A stretch of 64,000 nucleotides of DNA from Phyllosticta citribraziliensis (Eukaryota). This document shows, piece after piece, positions 37,560-49,907 of the stretch (position 1 is its first letter; each line of letters starts with the position of its first letter). The stretch covers positions 558,001 to 622,000 of the forward strand of contig NW_027117340.1 in assembly GCF_038025025.1 (NCBI RefSeq), read 5' to 3'. Under the pieces are notes generated by a model. The model did not search any database and had not been told where the DNA came from. It saw only the letters and a list, made by a program, of their open reading frames with translations. A program made the position numbers and the translations under genes.

Positions 37560-38597
37560 TCACGCTTGAATGCTCCCTTCGCGCTGCACCGCTGCTGCCG
37601 CCGCAGAATCCTCCCTCGCCCACTGCTCCTTGAGCTGGTGCATCGGCCGCAAAAAATACGACAAGTAGTACCTCTTTCTTTTTCCATCCTCATGCTGCGT
37701 AACGCGATGCAGGGGCGAGTGAAAAACGCCCTTACTCAAGCGCTGCAGCGAATCCGCCACATTGACAAGTGCACAGCCAGGTTTGGGCGCGGCGTAGGCC
37801 CAGCGCTGCGTCGACGGGAGGAATACGTGCAGCCCCCACTCGGTGTAGAAGAGCAGCGTGAAGGTGCCGCTGTCGGTGTGCTTGTTCTCAACGACGTCGG
37901 CGGCCTGCGCAACTGTCGGCTCGTAGATGAGCTTGAGCCCGGTGTCGCTGGTGAAGGCATGCGAATGGTGGCCAAGGACGATGTCGGGATCGTAGGAGGG
38001 GTGGACTTCTTGGGCCAGCGAGTGGAAGAGGCTGCCGAGCAGAGACAGGCTGGCGATGTGGCAGACTTCGTTGAAGCGCTTGATCAGCTCTGTCTTGTCG
38101 GCGATGGAGGTGGGGAGTTCAATAAATCCGCCGCGGAGGAGCTCGTCGTCCGCCATCTGTGGGCGGTTTAGTATGTCAATTTGCAGCTGTCAGGGAGTAG
38201 GTAGGAAGATTTGGATCTTCATACTTCGAATGTCTCGTCATTCTCGCTCTTCTTGTACCTGTCCACACGCAAGAGTCAGTGGTGAATGGCGCTTGCGGTG
38301 CACTGGAAAAATAGGACGAAATTCACTTGCATACCCGCGGTCCTGCGACGGCAGCTGGTCCGTTCTTACGTCTTTCTCCTTCTCCGCGGCAGACTGCGCA
38401 AAGTAGCGGTCTGAAAGGGCGTACATCTGATCCAAAGCATCCAAGACACCCTCTCTGTAGTTGGAAAAATCAAGGTGAAAAATCCCCGGCGACTGGGCAG
38501 CCTCAAAGAGCTTGCGCTGCTCGGCGGCGTCGCGGTTCAGGATCTTGAGAATATCGATAGTGGCAAGAGCCGCGACGTCGGTGGGTTGATCTGTCAT
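37560..38597 (-). CDS. 2-oxoglutarate/Fe(II)-dependent oxygenase (IPNS/DIOX family)
   Basis: Exons 38597-38335, 38258-38225 and 38156-37560 keep the frame. N-terminal LATIDI..GIFHL (DIOX_N-like); facial triad HTD...H (HTDSGTFTLLF, SPLHRVT); RYYLSYFLRP. Confidence 0.88.
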
Positions 38598-39299
38598 GAT
38601 TGCCGAGACTATGTGTTGTACTCAGTGTAAATGAATAGTCGATTGCAGCGGTTTTTAGTTTGGGGAGAATTGATATGACGACCGACATCAAGAGCAGTGT
38701 GGGAACAGAGCTGGCATTTAACTGTTCCAACTACTGTCAAGCTGACCAATACAAGGGTCGTACGGTGCCGAGCTCTGCATAGCAATTGGGGGCCAGCCCT
38801 GAAGCGTTCATTCAACTCATACATCCGAGTTGAACGAGATGATTGTCCCGATTGGTCTGACTTCCTGAGGGACAGCTTCTTGAGCCCAGCTGCGGTTCTG
38901 AATGACTGCTCCTGAGTCTTTCCATAGTGATATATGATGACAGGGGCTATGATGCCAGAATATGAAAATTGTCTTGCATCTCATGTCGCAACTGTGTCTA
39001 ACTACAAAAGCGCTCACGCGTCGGACTCGGCGTTGGAATCATCCAAAACGTCAATATGGACAGCATTAACTTCCCTAAACCACAACTTAGGATGACTTGA
39101 CACAAAGTTAAGAACCAACCATCGACCAAATATCAGTACACATTTCAAAGGACTCCTGAAAACGTTTCACACTTTCATCAAGCCTCGTCAATCATTGCGG
39201 AACCTTTCGAATGATGGGGAGGTTCGGTGGCTCAGGTACAGGATTGAATGCAGGAGCTTCGATTTCGCGGAAGCTACCTCAAAGTCAGTGCTCAACTCT

Positions 39300-42200
39300 C
39301 ACATAGAATGCTGTAGACTCACTAGAAAATAAGGAATGGCGGCGTGCGGCCTTCTCGTAGCGCCTGTACACCTCCATTGACTTCCTCGTACCCAAGCAGT
39401 TGGAACTTGCCGCACAATTTCTCGTAGAACAAGACTTCGTGGTACCCAGTTCCCGTGACCGAGGCTACGTATCTTCCTGTCTCGGAGAGGACAACAAAGC
39501 GGACAGGTTGCGTTGCTGGCATGTACGCTGGAAACATCCCCAAGCTTGTGGAGAAGGCGATTGGTTCTGGGTTTGTGGGTCGAATATCGGCGACAGTTGA
39601 TGACTGTTTTATGTCTACGCGTATCATTTAGTACGGACGCAAACATTTGGTGCATGAAACGTACCTCTCAATGTGTAGATGCCCTTCGGACCTTTGGATA
39701 TCATACCAGACTCGGCTTTGATCAGCATGTTAACGACTTCCGTAGGCGGATTCTGCTGGGTTATTGTCCAGGTTTTGACAGGATTGATCTTGCGGAGAGC
39801 AGCCTCAAGATTGGCGTGGTCGCGTGCACCAGAGGTAACCCAATCTGCGACAGATTTTGCTTCGTCAAAATTGAGGCCCCACATCTGCCGCGAGGCGTCT
39901 GTAAACACCTTGCCGTACTGATCTTCAAGCCAGGGCTTTGTCGCCAACGTTTCGTACATCTCTTTGAGGTTGTCGTAGAAGACTTGGAATGCTCGGCTGA
40001 TGCGAGGAGGATCTGGACGCCCGTTGATGTAGTAGTTCTTGAACTGTGTTGCGCCTTCCTGGAACAATCTCAATGCCTCCGGATCTCCGAATGCTGGGTA
40101 GGCATTTCCAATGACGCGTTGTGCCTGGGGGATCGCTTCGTCGATTGTGACATGGGCTTTGAACCCTTCCATTACCTTCTGCTGCCTGGCATCTCGCGCT
40201 TGACCGCCGGGTACTTCAAGCTCCCGATTGGGTGTAGCTCTGCAGCATAAGAGCTTCGTGACGGCACCACCTTGACGCTTCCTGATGCCTCCTCCACAAG
40301 CGCCACAATTCCTGAATGCTTCAACTGGTCAGGTATACTTCCTGTAATAGGGGATGCAGCAAGTATCAAAAGATATGGTATCGACCTGGGAGCGCCCACG
40401 GTGGCAAACATCCGCTTGCTAGACGTAGCAGCAGTGCCAGGAGTTGCCATCTCCACTGACGCCTGCTGCAGTAGGTTGAGAACGTACTATTGTGCTCTGT
40501 TGAGTCTCTCAGGTCATTGATGGCCTTTTCGGTGTAGAAAGGCACGGGCTTTCCATCGCCATAGTCGTTGAAGAGCTGAACCTTTCCACCTTTTCCTTCT
40601 GCCTCGAGAATCTTCCCTGCTCCCGACACCTTCGGTTTGAAGTACGTCATGACCTCGCTGATCCTGCCGACCCATTTCGCTGCGCCAGCGGCCTGAGCCA
40701 GGTCGTTGACGGCAAATATCACTTGAACAACATCGGCAAAGATGCCACCGGCTGTTTCGATCTCACCTTGATACGGAATTGTTGGAATGGGCTAGTCTTG
40801 ATTAGCGAAAACGTCCTTCCCATAGTGGATGTGGTGCGAGTGTGAACCTTTTGAGGCTTGAAGACCTCAGCGCAACCTTCTCGCGTCTTCTCAACGGCTT
40901 TTTGGTCTTGCCCCAATTTGAAGGTCATGCTGTAGCACGACGAACGCGCCGAGTAGACAAGGCCATTCTTCAACAAGTTGACAAGATCGATCACCCCGTT
41001 GATCAAGCTCTTCATGACGCCTATGATTGATCAGCAATAGGGCAGCAAAGGAAAGTGCGATGTAGCGAGCATGAGACATGCACATACCGACCCAAAATTG
41101 GTCCAGAAGAGGCAAGTTGTTTTCGGGCTCTCCAAAGAGGGGACCAAGGCCGCCGTCCCTCCTCTCCAGCGAATGCTCATTGGAACGTGCCATGAGCATC
41201 TTTCCCGGTTGGCCTCCACCGGAAACAAACTGCACGATACCAGCAAACAAGCCGCAAGCACAAGCTCCTCCTGGAGGATTTGCGACGCACGGTCCGAGCG
41301 AAACCGCGCGTATGCAAGCTTCCACTTCGACCGACGCATCCTTCTTGAAGCGACGAGCGGGTACATCGAAGCAAAACGCCTGCAGGCATGAGTAAAGTTG
41401 GAAATATAATAGGCCTGTAAGTAATGGGACTGGGCCGTCAACTTACTGGTGCAAGATGCAGCACGCACTGCATGTTGTGAGGCTTTGTCTCGCATATTTT
41501 GGGCAGGGAGTTGTAGGCCCGCACAATGAGGCAGTCGAGGTTCGTGTTGGTTTCTACATCGCATCCAGGAAGCTCGTACTCGTTGACGGGCTGGTTGCTC
41601 GGCGGCACCTTCTGGCCGATGAGGTTGGTGATTTCGGGAGCTGGGACGTGGAAATCTTGCGGCGGAGCAGTGACGAGCGCGCCTGTCTTTGCGCTGTAGA
41701 CACAAACGTTGGCGTCCACATTGTCGTTGACTGCAATCAATTTTCCGCTCGGGTCAACTTTGATGTGCATGACATCGGCATTGCGCATGAGATGCATGTT
41801 GCCAGGGGTGGCTTTTTGTTCAATCTATGACATGGCGTCAGAATTGTGGATGCCAACGCAACTCACTCATGCATACTCACATAAAACTGGAACAAACGGT
41901 CTGCACCGCATGGTTGCTCTTCAACAAAATCGCCCTGTCCAGATATCCAGCAATTGCCGCCCACCGCAAAGGGCTCGGAAGCTTTGATGAAAGTCTGGCT
42001 ATTCGAGTCGAATTTTGCAGAGTCAGAAAGCCATCCGCTGACCAGACGAAAGCTCAAAGACGCCTTTGGGCCGGAGACCGCAGGCTTCGTCGTCACAATT
42101 TTTCCATCGTTTGACCAAATCGGCAGGAGGCCGGCGTCTTTGTCTGCCCCAGCTACATCGGCCGCACAATTGGGAGTCTTTACTGTGTCGGGTGCGATGT

Positions 42201-43030
42201 AGAACCTCAGGTTCATGCCCACATGCTGGAGTCAAGTTAGCAACAGTAGCGCTGGGGGCCTGGCGCGCAAGGTCATCTGAGAGTGCGTACCCATTGAACA
42301 GATTGAGGAGCTGGCGCAGCGCCTTGCGGTGCTCCATGAGCCGACGACGAAAACCAGACAAATGAGACAAACAAGGAGAGGAAACACCAGAATGGAGCCA
42401 AGATTTTGCCGTTGCCGTTGCCCATGGTTTCAAGGGGTCAGTGATTTCCTCGCTCAACAGCTATCATGATATTCATGAGGCTCGGGCTTGACCATATAAC
42501 GTCCCTCATCTTCTCCCACCATTCCAAAAATTGGGGAGGCGTTCAAATGAAATCGACTATATTTGGTCAGAAACTCTGCAAACTACAGTGCCTCGCAGCA
42601 AAAGTTGCCAAACGTGTGAGTCCGAGCAATATTAGGCTCGGTCGGGTTACAGGATGGTGTAGGTTGGGTTGGCACTTTGCGGACAAGAGTACGGCGACGC
42701 GGCAGTGCGGCAGTTGGTGGCAAGATGGGCAGCTGTTGACGCGTGCGACATGCTTCGGAACGACTTGACGATGTCATTGCCAAATTTGAACATCTTTCGA
42801 AGACAGTGCAGTGTTTAGATGTTGGTCGGAAGGTTTGAGCAGAGCATGCTGAAGATAAACTCGGTGTGCAGAAGAGAAGCCGCAAGGCGTGCGACGGCGA
42901 CGGAGTAACGGTCGTTGTCCAGCGCTAGCCTTTCCAGGTCTAATTTACTGCGCAACCACGCTGGTAAGGAAAGCGCCTGCGTGGGGTTGGTAACTGTAGA
43001 AAAACAAGCCAACATCAAGGCCAACATACA
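39300..43030 (-). pseudogene. Probable degenerate or orphan multi-exon gene for a Cys-containing, possibly secreted protein
   Basis: A chain of protein-like ORF fragments, all on the minus strand (42815-43027 signal-like MLALMLACFS, 41863-42222, 41438-41797, 40891-41325, 40719-41015, 40366-40722, 39624-40172). I could not explain all frame changes by introns. No family recognised; boundaries approximate. Confidence 0.35.
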
Positions 43031-43483
43031 GGCGGATTTAGGTCCGAGGACGCAGCTTATCTAAATTGCGTGCATTAACTCCGAGCCATGGACGTCCAAT
43101 CCAAAGATCTCTCGAATCGCCATCCCGAGTCTTGACTGACTTGCTGTGTTGTTTAGCATTTTAACCTCATAGACTCACTAAATCGATAAGTCTAAATTGT
43201 AAGCTGTGTACCTGCATGGTAAATTTGCAAGGATAGCGCTTGCCATCTCTTCCCGAGACACCGATCGCCAAGTTGACAAGATCTCCACGGCACACGCCAA
43301 AAGCTGAAGATTGCATCGAAGCAATCGTATAGGTATACAATGGACCTTCCAATGAATGTTGTTTGCAAAAAAAGCTGTAAAGAAGGCATACGAGAGCCCG
43401 CAACTACGGGTTGCTGTTGTTTGTGCGGGTTTCTGCAATTAATACAAAATATATAATTAACATTCAGTGTCTTTCTCAACAAG

Positions 43484-43572
43484 TCTTCGATGGTCTAGTG
43501 GTGATGATTTCCGCTTGTCATTACAGCGTAGTGCAAGCGCGGGAGACCGGGGTTCGATTCCCCGTCGGAGAG
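43484..43572 (+). tRNA. tRNA-Asp(GTC) with a 17-nt intron
   Basis: Acceptor stem TCTTCGA/TCGGAGA with discriminator G, D-arm TGGTCTAGTGG, anticodon GTC at 43517-43519, intron 43521-43537, T-arm CGGGGTTCGATTCCCCG. Confidence 0.93.
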
Positions 43573-44823
43573 ACCATCTCCTGATGATAATCAGGACATT
43601 TCTTTTTGCCATCCTTTTGCTCCACTTAAACACTCCACGGGATCGGCGGCCCACTGCCTCATTCCAGCGCTGTGCCTGGCTAGCAAGAACATCATGTTAT
43701 GCAGGGCAGGCGCAAGGAGAGCTAGGGGACGTTCCTTCAGGTCTTCTGGCAGAAAGTTCTCCTTCTCCCTCTTTTGCAATTTTTTTTTTTTTTCTTCCTC
43801 GTCTCCCGAGGCGCATCCACCGGTGTTTTCCCTTCCCTCGCTTGCTTTGAAGAGCCATCCACATGCTAGTGTAACTTTCCACGTCGGAGAGTCCATGTCA
43901 CCCCGTCACACGTGAAGTGACCTCTTACACCCTACCCCCTTTTTCGGGTTCTCAACCAAGCAGCACGCAAAACTCACTGGGCTGAAGCTCGTGACGGAAT
44001 GTCTTCCCTCTTCATCATCAGCAGGGCTAGGACGCCACATGTCGTCGTAGGTGGCGTCGAAAGAAATGAGACCTCCCCGTTGTCCCATCAAGCCCACGTC
44101 CACAAAACCGATAGTAATAAAGGTGTCGTGCAAAGAAAGCCAACGCCAACCATACCCCAGAAAACATTGGCGACGCCGGGCCTCTCGCGTTAATTTTGCC
44201 ATTCTTGATCTCGCTTTCGTATACGGCTTTTAAGCAACGAACCATCTATGCGAGTACAAGGTTACTATGCGTCGGACAAGCGGCTCCGTGCCCGCCCGAT
44301 AAGCGGCCCCGCGCGCCGAGCCAAACAAAATGCGCTCGCAAAGATTCCTCCATGCTGCAGCGTCGAGGTCGAAGACTTTGGCGCGAAAGGCTCTCGCCAG
44401 GCGAAACGACGCCGAAGCGAGCACAGTACCAAGCCTACGCGCAGAGCAAGCTTCTCTCTCGTATTCCAGCACTGCAAAACTATGTTTCGCCAAAATTTCA
44501 TGCGCTCCTGGGACTCGATTACTTATCATGACTCTGCAGCACATTGGATGTTGAAAGACAGGAGACCTTCTCGCGGTATCCATACCGGAAGCGTTCCTTC
44601 ACCGCTACAAGTGTGCCTAGGGGGCGGCCATTTGCCACCATAGTGACGCGTGAAAAGCAGCCACCCGCTATTACCAATGCGCCTATGGAGCTGTTGTTTA
44701 GACACATCAAGTCAAAACCTTCAATGTGGCAGGGAAAAAGAAAAAGAAATGAAGGGAAACTACCTCTTCCCCGAGAAGAATTGCCATTTTACGCGACTCG
44801 TTCGCCTGATCTCACGGTAACTT

Positions 44824-45695
44824 CTAGTCTTCCTTCTCATCGTCTTTCTCGCTCCCTTCCACAGCATGACATGACAGCCCGACGGCAGTCATCGCAGCCA
44901 CAGCGCCAACCTGAGTCAAAGCAGCAACGGGACCAACGCCATATCCACCCATCGCGGCGCTCTGGGATGTTGCAAAGACACCGCCAGCCACGACGGGCGA
45001 AAACGTCGACTGGATACCAGCAGCCAACGAGCCTGAATCCATCACTAATTGGCAAAAAGCTCCCTTTACAGCCCGGTCCAGCTTCAAACTCACCAGCCAC
45101 GGGTCCAGCGGCGGAGAAGCCCATCATGCCCAGCGCCGGACCGTACGCCAACGTTGGCACAACGAAAACGACGCCGCACGCGACGTAGAACGCCGTCTGC
45201 CAGGGGTGCTGCTCGACCCACGTCCGGATCCTTTGCGGAATCTGGTCCCACTGCACAGTCAAGACAGCATCGCCAACTCGTCGAGCGCAGTCTCGAAGAA
45301 GCGGTCCGGCGCGCCGTGATTTGCATTTCGCACAGCGAGGCGCTCACGCCGCGCGCCAGCTGCTGCACCGCCTCGCGAAGCCACTGGGCGTGCTCGCCGT
45401 CCATGAAGAACGCGTCGGCGTTGGCCAGCAGCGCCGCTGCGGCGTCGGCGTGTTGGGTGAAGAAGTCGGGGGTGCTGTGCTTGAAGAAGTCTTCGGTGCT
45501 TTGGAGCGTTCCTTCGAAGCTCTTGCCTGCCTCGCTCATGGCACCTTCGAAGCCGCGCTTGCTCTCCTGGCCCGCTCTGTCCAGGTGTTGTCCGGCTTCG
45601 TTGAAGAAGGCGAGTGCGTCGTGTTCGAAGAAGTGGCCCGCGCCGGCGGCGACGCCTTCGCCCTAGGCGTGACAGTTGGCGAAGAAGCTGTCCAT
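44824..45695 (-). CDS. IFI6/IFI27-like small membrane protein; possible premature stop at codon 11
   Basis: Introns 45347-45251 and 45093-45033 give ...GMMGFSAAGPVAGSLAAGIQSTFSPVVAGGVFATSQSAAMGG (Gly/Ala-rich Ifi-6-16-like motif). The ATG at 45695 is followed by an in-frame TAG at 45665; the next in-frame ATG is 45539. Confidence 0.65.
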
Positions 45696-46550
45696 TGGCA
45701 GAGGAGGGCGGCAGGAAAATGCTTAGAGGCGGACGCTGGAAGGGAGAGGGCGTAATGCGCCGTGCAGATGGATGGTTGTTGACGCCAAGGCCTGAACCTC
45801 TTTGTTGATTGGCGAAAGTACTTTGTTTGTTCAAGCAGTTTTTGCATGAGTGCTTGCCGTAATGAACAAACTCGTACTGTGATTGTTGAGATGGAGGGAT
45901 ATTGATTGCCTTTCGAATAGCAAACGGAAGGAAGAATCAGGCATGAACGAGAAGAGAAACACCGCATTCGTGAATGCCTCTTTCAACATTGACCTCGGAT
46001 GCTCCCTCCTGCACATGCTCTGTCATACTCTCCTTGTATGGTGTTGATGACCCATGGCTCGTTCAGTCTAGTCCATGCCCCGGCACCGTTGCCGCGTCTG
46101 GGAGCATCCCCGTGTCGAGTTCAACATCAACCCACACGCATCGAGTTCCTGTTTTCATGTCATTTTTTAGGTACACATATAGTTACCCCACCGGCCTAAC
46201 TCCATCCAACTCCATCCAACTGGTGAACACACCACTAACCACCTGCTATCTGGCCTCGCAATTTGTCGTTCTCCATCATACATCAGTCGTTTCCATCGTA
46301 CAGAATCTCCATCGAGCAGCCGATTGCTCAGCCCCGGGCCTTGCGCGCGCGGATTTGACCACGCGTGCATGAATGCTCCCTGTAGTCCATCAATCTGTCA
46401 TGTTTGTCCACCACGATCTATGTTTGTACTTTTACAAAGGTAGAGGTAGAAAGAAAGAAAAAAGAAGGGTCCAGGAGATCGGGAACAGTGTCTATCCAAT
46501 GCCAAAGACGGGCCAAGCCAGACAGGCCACGCGCGTGACCACTGTCTCAC

Positions 46551-49089
46551 TCACGATCCTGGATCCGCGTTTGGCACGATGCTGGACATGCGCCTGCGGC
46601 GCGTCTGATTCGTCGACGTGCGCGCCTGCGGACTCATGGGCGTCGGGCTATTCGACCTCCTCAATGCACCACCAAAAGTGGTCGCGCGCCTCAGCTGGTG
46701 CCCATTTCCGGCAGCAGCACCGCCCCAGTTGGGCACCTCGTCCTCAATCTCGTCCAGCTCCTCAATGTCGTCGAGGACTTGCGTGGGGATCTCCGTCTCA
46801 AAGACGGCCTGAATGTCGCCGTGCACGCTAAACCGCGCCCAGTTCCACAGCGAGAATTTGCGACGCTTGTTGGTCGTCGCAAGCGGCTTGCGCGTGGGGT
46901 TCCACAGATTGCGCCGCTCATACCAGGTGATGGCGAGGAGGATGGGGAGGTTGAGAATGCGCACTGCCGTGACATTGATTTTGTGAAACCACCGCGGCGA
47001 GACGACGAACTTGAGCGGAACCAGTACGAGAAGCGCGAGGACGTTAAAGGGTGGCCGATATGCAAAGATGGAGTCGGACTTGACGCCTTCAAACGTCAGC
47101 ACCGTGCGTCGGAATTGAATCTCAGCGCTGGCGTCGGCGGCGATTTTGGAGAAAGTGTCGCTAAGAATTGCCACCAGAATTGTAAGGAAGAGGGTGTTGC
47201 CAAGAAAGGCAAAAGCCACCATGAGCGCTGGTCCCATGATCAGATGAAAGTTGGGCGCTTGCTCGATGCCGGTAGCGTCAAGACCAAACCAGATGTACAG
47301 CATCCACTTGGAAATTGTAATGGGATTCGACGTTTCTGCGTCAGGATCCTCATCTGGCGGGACTTGGCCGAAACTCAACCACCTAAGAGCAAGCAAGAAA
47401 CCGGCGAAGCACCACGCGGCAATGAGGGTGAGCAGCATGAAATTGCCCATCATTGCTCTGAGTGAGATGAAGAGCATGTTTTCGGGCATGAGGTTAAAGG
47501 CCAGACGTGGAAAGAGAATGGGTGCAGCCACAGACAAGACATCGAGTGCTTGCCGCGAGACCTCCAAGTTGTCGTGTGTCGAGCCGTACAGTCGCATCGC
47601 TAAGTAGATGACGTAAATTCCGACAAAGGTAATGTCCAGAAAAGACCACAAGTTCTGCGTGTAGACCTTCCAGCCATGCTCCAGAATCGTGGCGCTTTCG
47701 TCGAGACACCATCCGGCGCCGTAAATGGCAAACAGGATTTCGTAACCCGTCCATTGGGTGTGATCCCGGTTGGTCATGGCGATGGCGTAGAGAACGATCA
47801 GAATCAGGAATTGAACAATGTCAATGATGTTGCGGGTGCGAGGCACAATCAGGCGGTAGTGATTCAGCACAGGTCCCTTGCGAGGATTGTACAAGCGCAC
47901 GGGCTTGTGCTTGTAGTGGTCGGGGATGATGTCTATAAAGCAGATTGGCGTATAGACGACTCTTCCCCGATACACGGCGTCGACAACCTTTTGACAAGCG
48001 GAGCCGCTCAGAAAGTGTTTGCTCTCAGAAATGATGGCGATTTCCAGAGCGGTGAACTTGCCCTCGTAGCCGCCTCTGTCCTGGATGGCCCACTCAAAGG
48101 AATGGCGGCTCTCGCTGAGTACATCGGCTGGTGCATTTTGGAAAGGCTCAAAGCCTGCGACAAGGACATTGGCCAAAAGAAGGAGGCCAGCCCGTCCCGG
48201 ATGCTCCTCGTCGAATCGTCTCAAAATCTTTCCAGCAAGAAGCTCGCAGAGGTTGGCGCGGGTCGTGTTGACCGTCTCATGGTGGTGAGCTTGATAGTAG
48301 CGCTCGTGCAAAAATCTGACGCGGTTGACAAGCAAACAATAGACTGGTAGGTCAGCGACTGCAACGCGAGTACAAGGAGACTGTAGAGATGTGAAACAGT
48401 GTTCCACAGAAGACTGAATTTTGAGAGAGTCATGTGATTCAAGCGGTGGTTATTGACCGAGATGAGAATGGACGCAATGGGATTGTAGAATTCGGCAAGT
48501 TTGAAAGCATCAAAACACCGAACTTTGCAACAGGGAATCGGCATGCAGAGCCGACTTGGCAAAGACTGGGGCCGCGGCGCCAAGAAAAAGAGCGGAAACT
48601 CACCCACGGAGCAGTCCTTGGGGTCATATAAGCGGTCGACGAGGGGCCTGACGATCAGAGCGTTCATGCGCGGGTCCCTGAGCTGGACCAAGGTATAAGG
48701 GTCGTCTGTGCACAGAGGGAGAGAGCATCAGCATCAGCATGCTGTGAGGAGTGGATGGATGGATGGATGGATAGATGGGAGGCGGGGATTACGCACCAAT
48801 GCTGGCGAGGATCAGGCGGCGGATCCTGTGCGACGGGTGAGTGAGATGGACGACATGCAGTCGAGGGGAACGAGGCAATTTACCGATGTATGGTGCGGTA
48901 GACGGGCAGGTCCTTGTGGGGGTCCGAGGCAAAGATTTCCTCGTCGGGGTTGTAGCCAACGCCGCCGTCACCGTCGACGCGCTCTTCATCGTCGCCGAGC
49001 AGCGTCTCCTGCTCTTCCTGGGCGCGGAGCGAGGCGAGAGCGGCGCTCAAGCGGGACGAGTTGCGCGAGGTGGTTGGGCGCATGGGCAT
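46551..49089 (-). CDS. TRP-like non-selective cation channel (YVC1-like)
   Basis: Three 5' exons (LPVYRTIHR-IRRLILASI-DDPYT...PLVDRLYD) join ORF 46551-48407, which has TRANLCELLA, multiple TM helices, WSFLD, WFGLDATG and FLGNTLFLTILVAILSDTFSKI. Confidence 0.85.
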
Positions 49090-49907
49090 GACTGTAGGGA
49101 TGGGCGGAGCGGACCGCAGTGGGCTTAGGCATGCAGGTATGCCGGGCTTCGGCGTCGGGATGCGTCTCGTGTGGTCAAGGTCAAGCGATGGTGAAGACGG
49201 AGAGGACGAAGGAGCGTCGTGGTGGATAGCGGCGCGCTATCGATGGAAAACGCGGTCACTGCATGTCAAGAAACGGTCCATGTTTCGCCCGCCGCACTCA
49301 CCACGTCATCCCTACCATCAGAGTTTCATCGTCTAGACGTTTCTGTTTCGACGTCCCCGCCCGAGTCATGATGGAGAGCCGAAGCGCTGTCGTCCTGCCT
49401 GGCGTCAAGTTGAACCGAAGGTTGCGGTGCTGGCCGCTGGCCGGTGATGCTGATGATGATGATGCTGATGCGGAGAGGATAAAGATGCCGCGTGCTCGTT
49501 CAAGGACCAAGACCGGGACCAGGACCAGGACCAGGACGGCGGGAGAGTATTGCTGCCATCCCATCCCATTCGTATCCTCTGGACCCAACGACGTGTTCTC
49601 GTAATTTGGCTCGCCAATCGCTCATTTCAACGGCCTCAGGCTCGTGTCCGTCAATTGTGTCAGTCAGTCGGCGTCTCCTCCAACCTCACTGCACGCCGGC
49701 CACGCTTCTCCAGACGTCACTGGCCCTCGTCCGCCGACGCGTTTCGGCCGCCGTCGCAGAAAAGCAATCCCAGCGCCGTCGCCTGAACTGCCTCCTTCGA
49801 CCACCGACTGCTCCGCCTCCTCCTCCTCCTCCTCCTCCTCCGACTCTTCTCTCTGCACCATCCCTACTCGACCCATGCGACCACGACGCGCCCCAAATTC
49901 CGCGGCA

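Noticed and set aside
43400..43700. tRNA-adjacent integration site of a mobile element (e.g. a Starship)
   Set aside because: No tyrosine recombinase/captain gene, transposase, terminal repeat or target duplication could be seen in the window.
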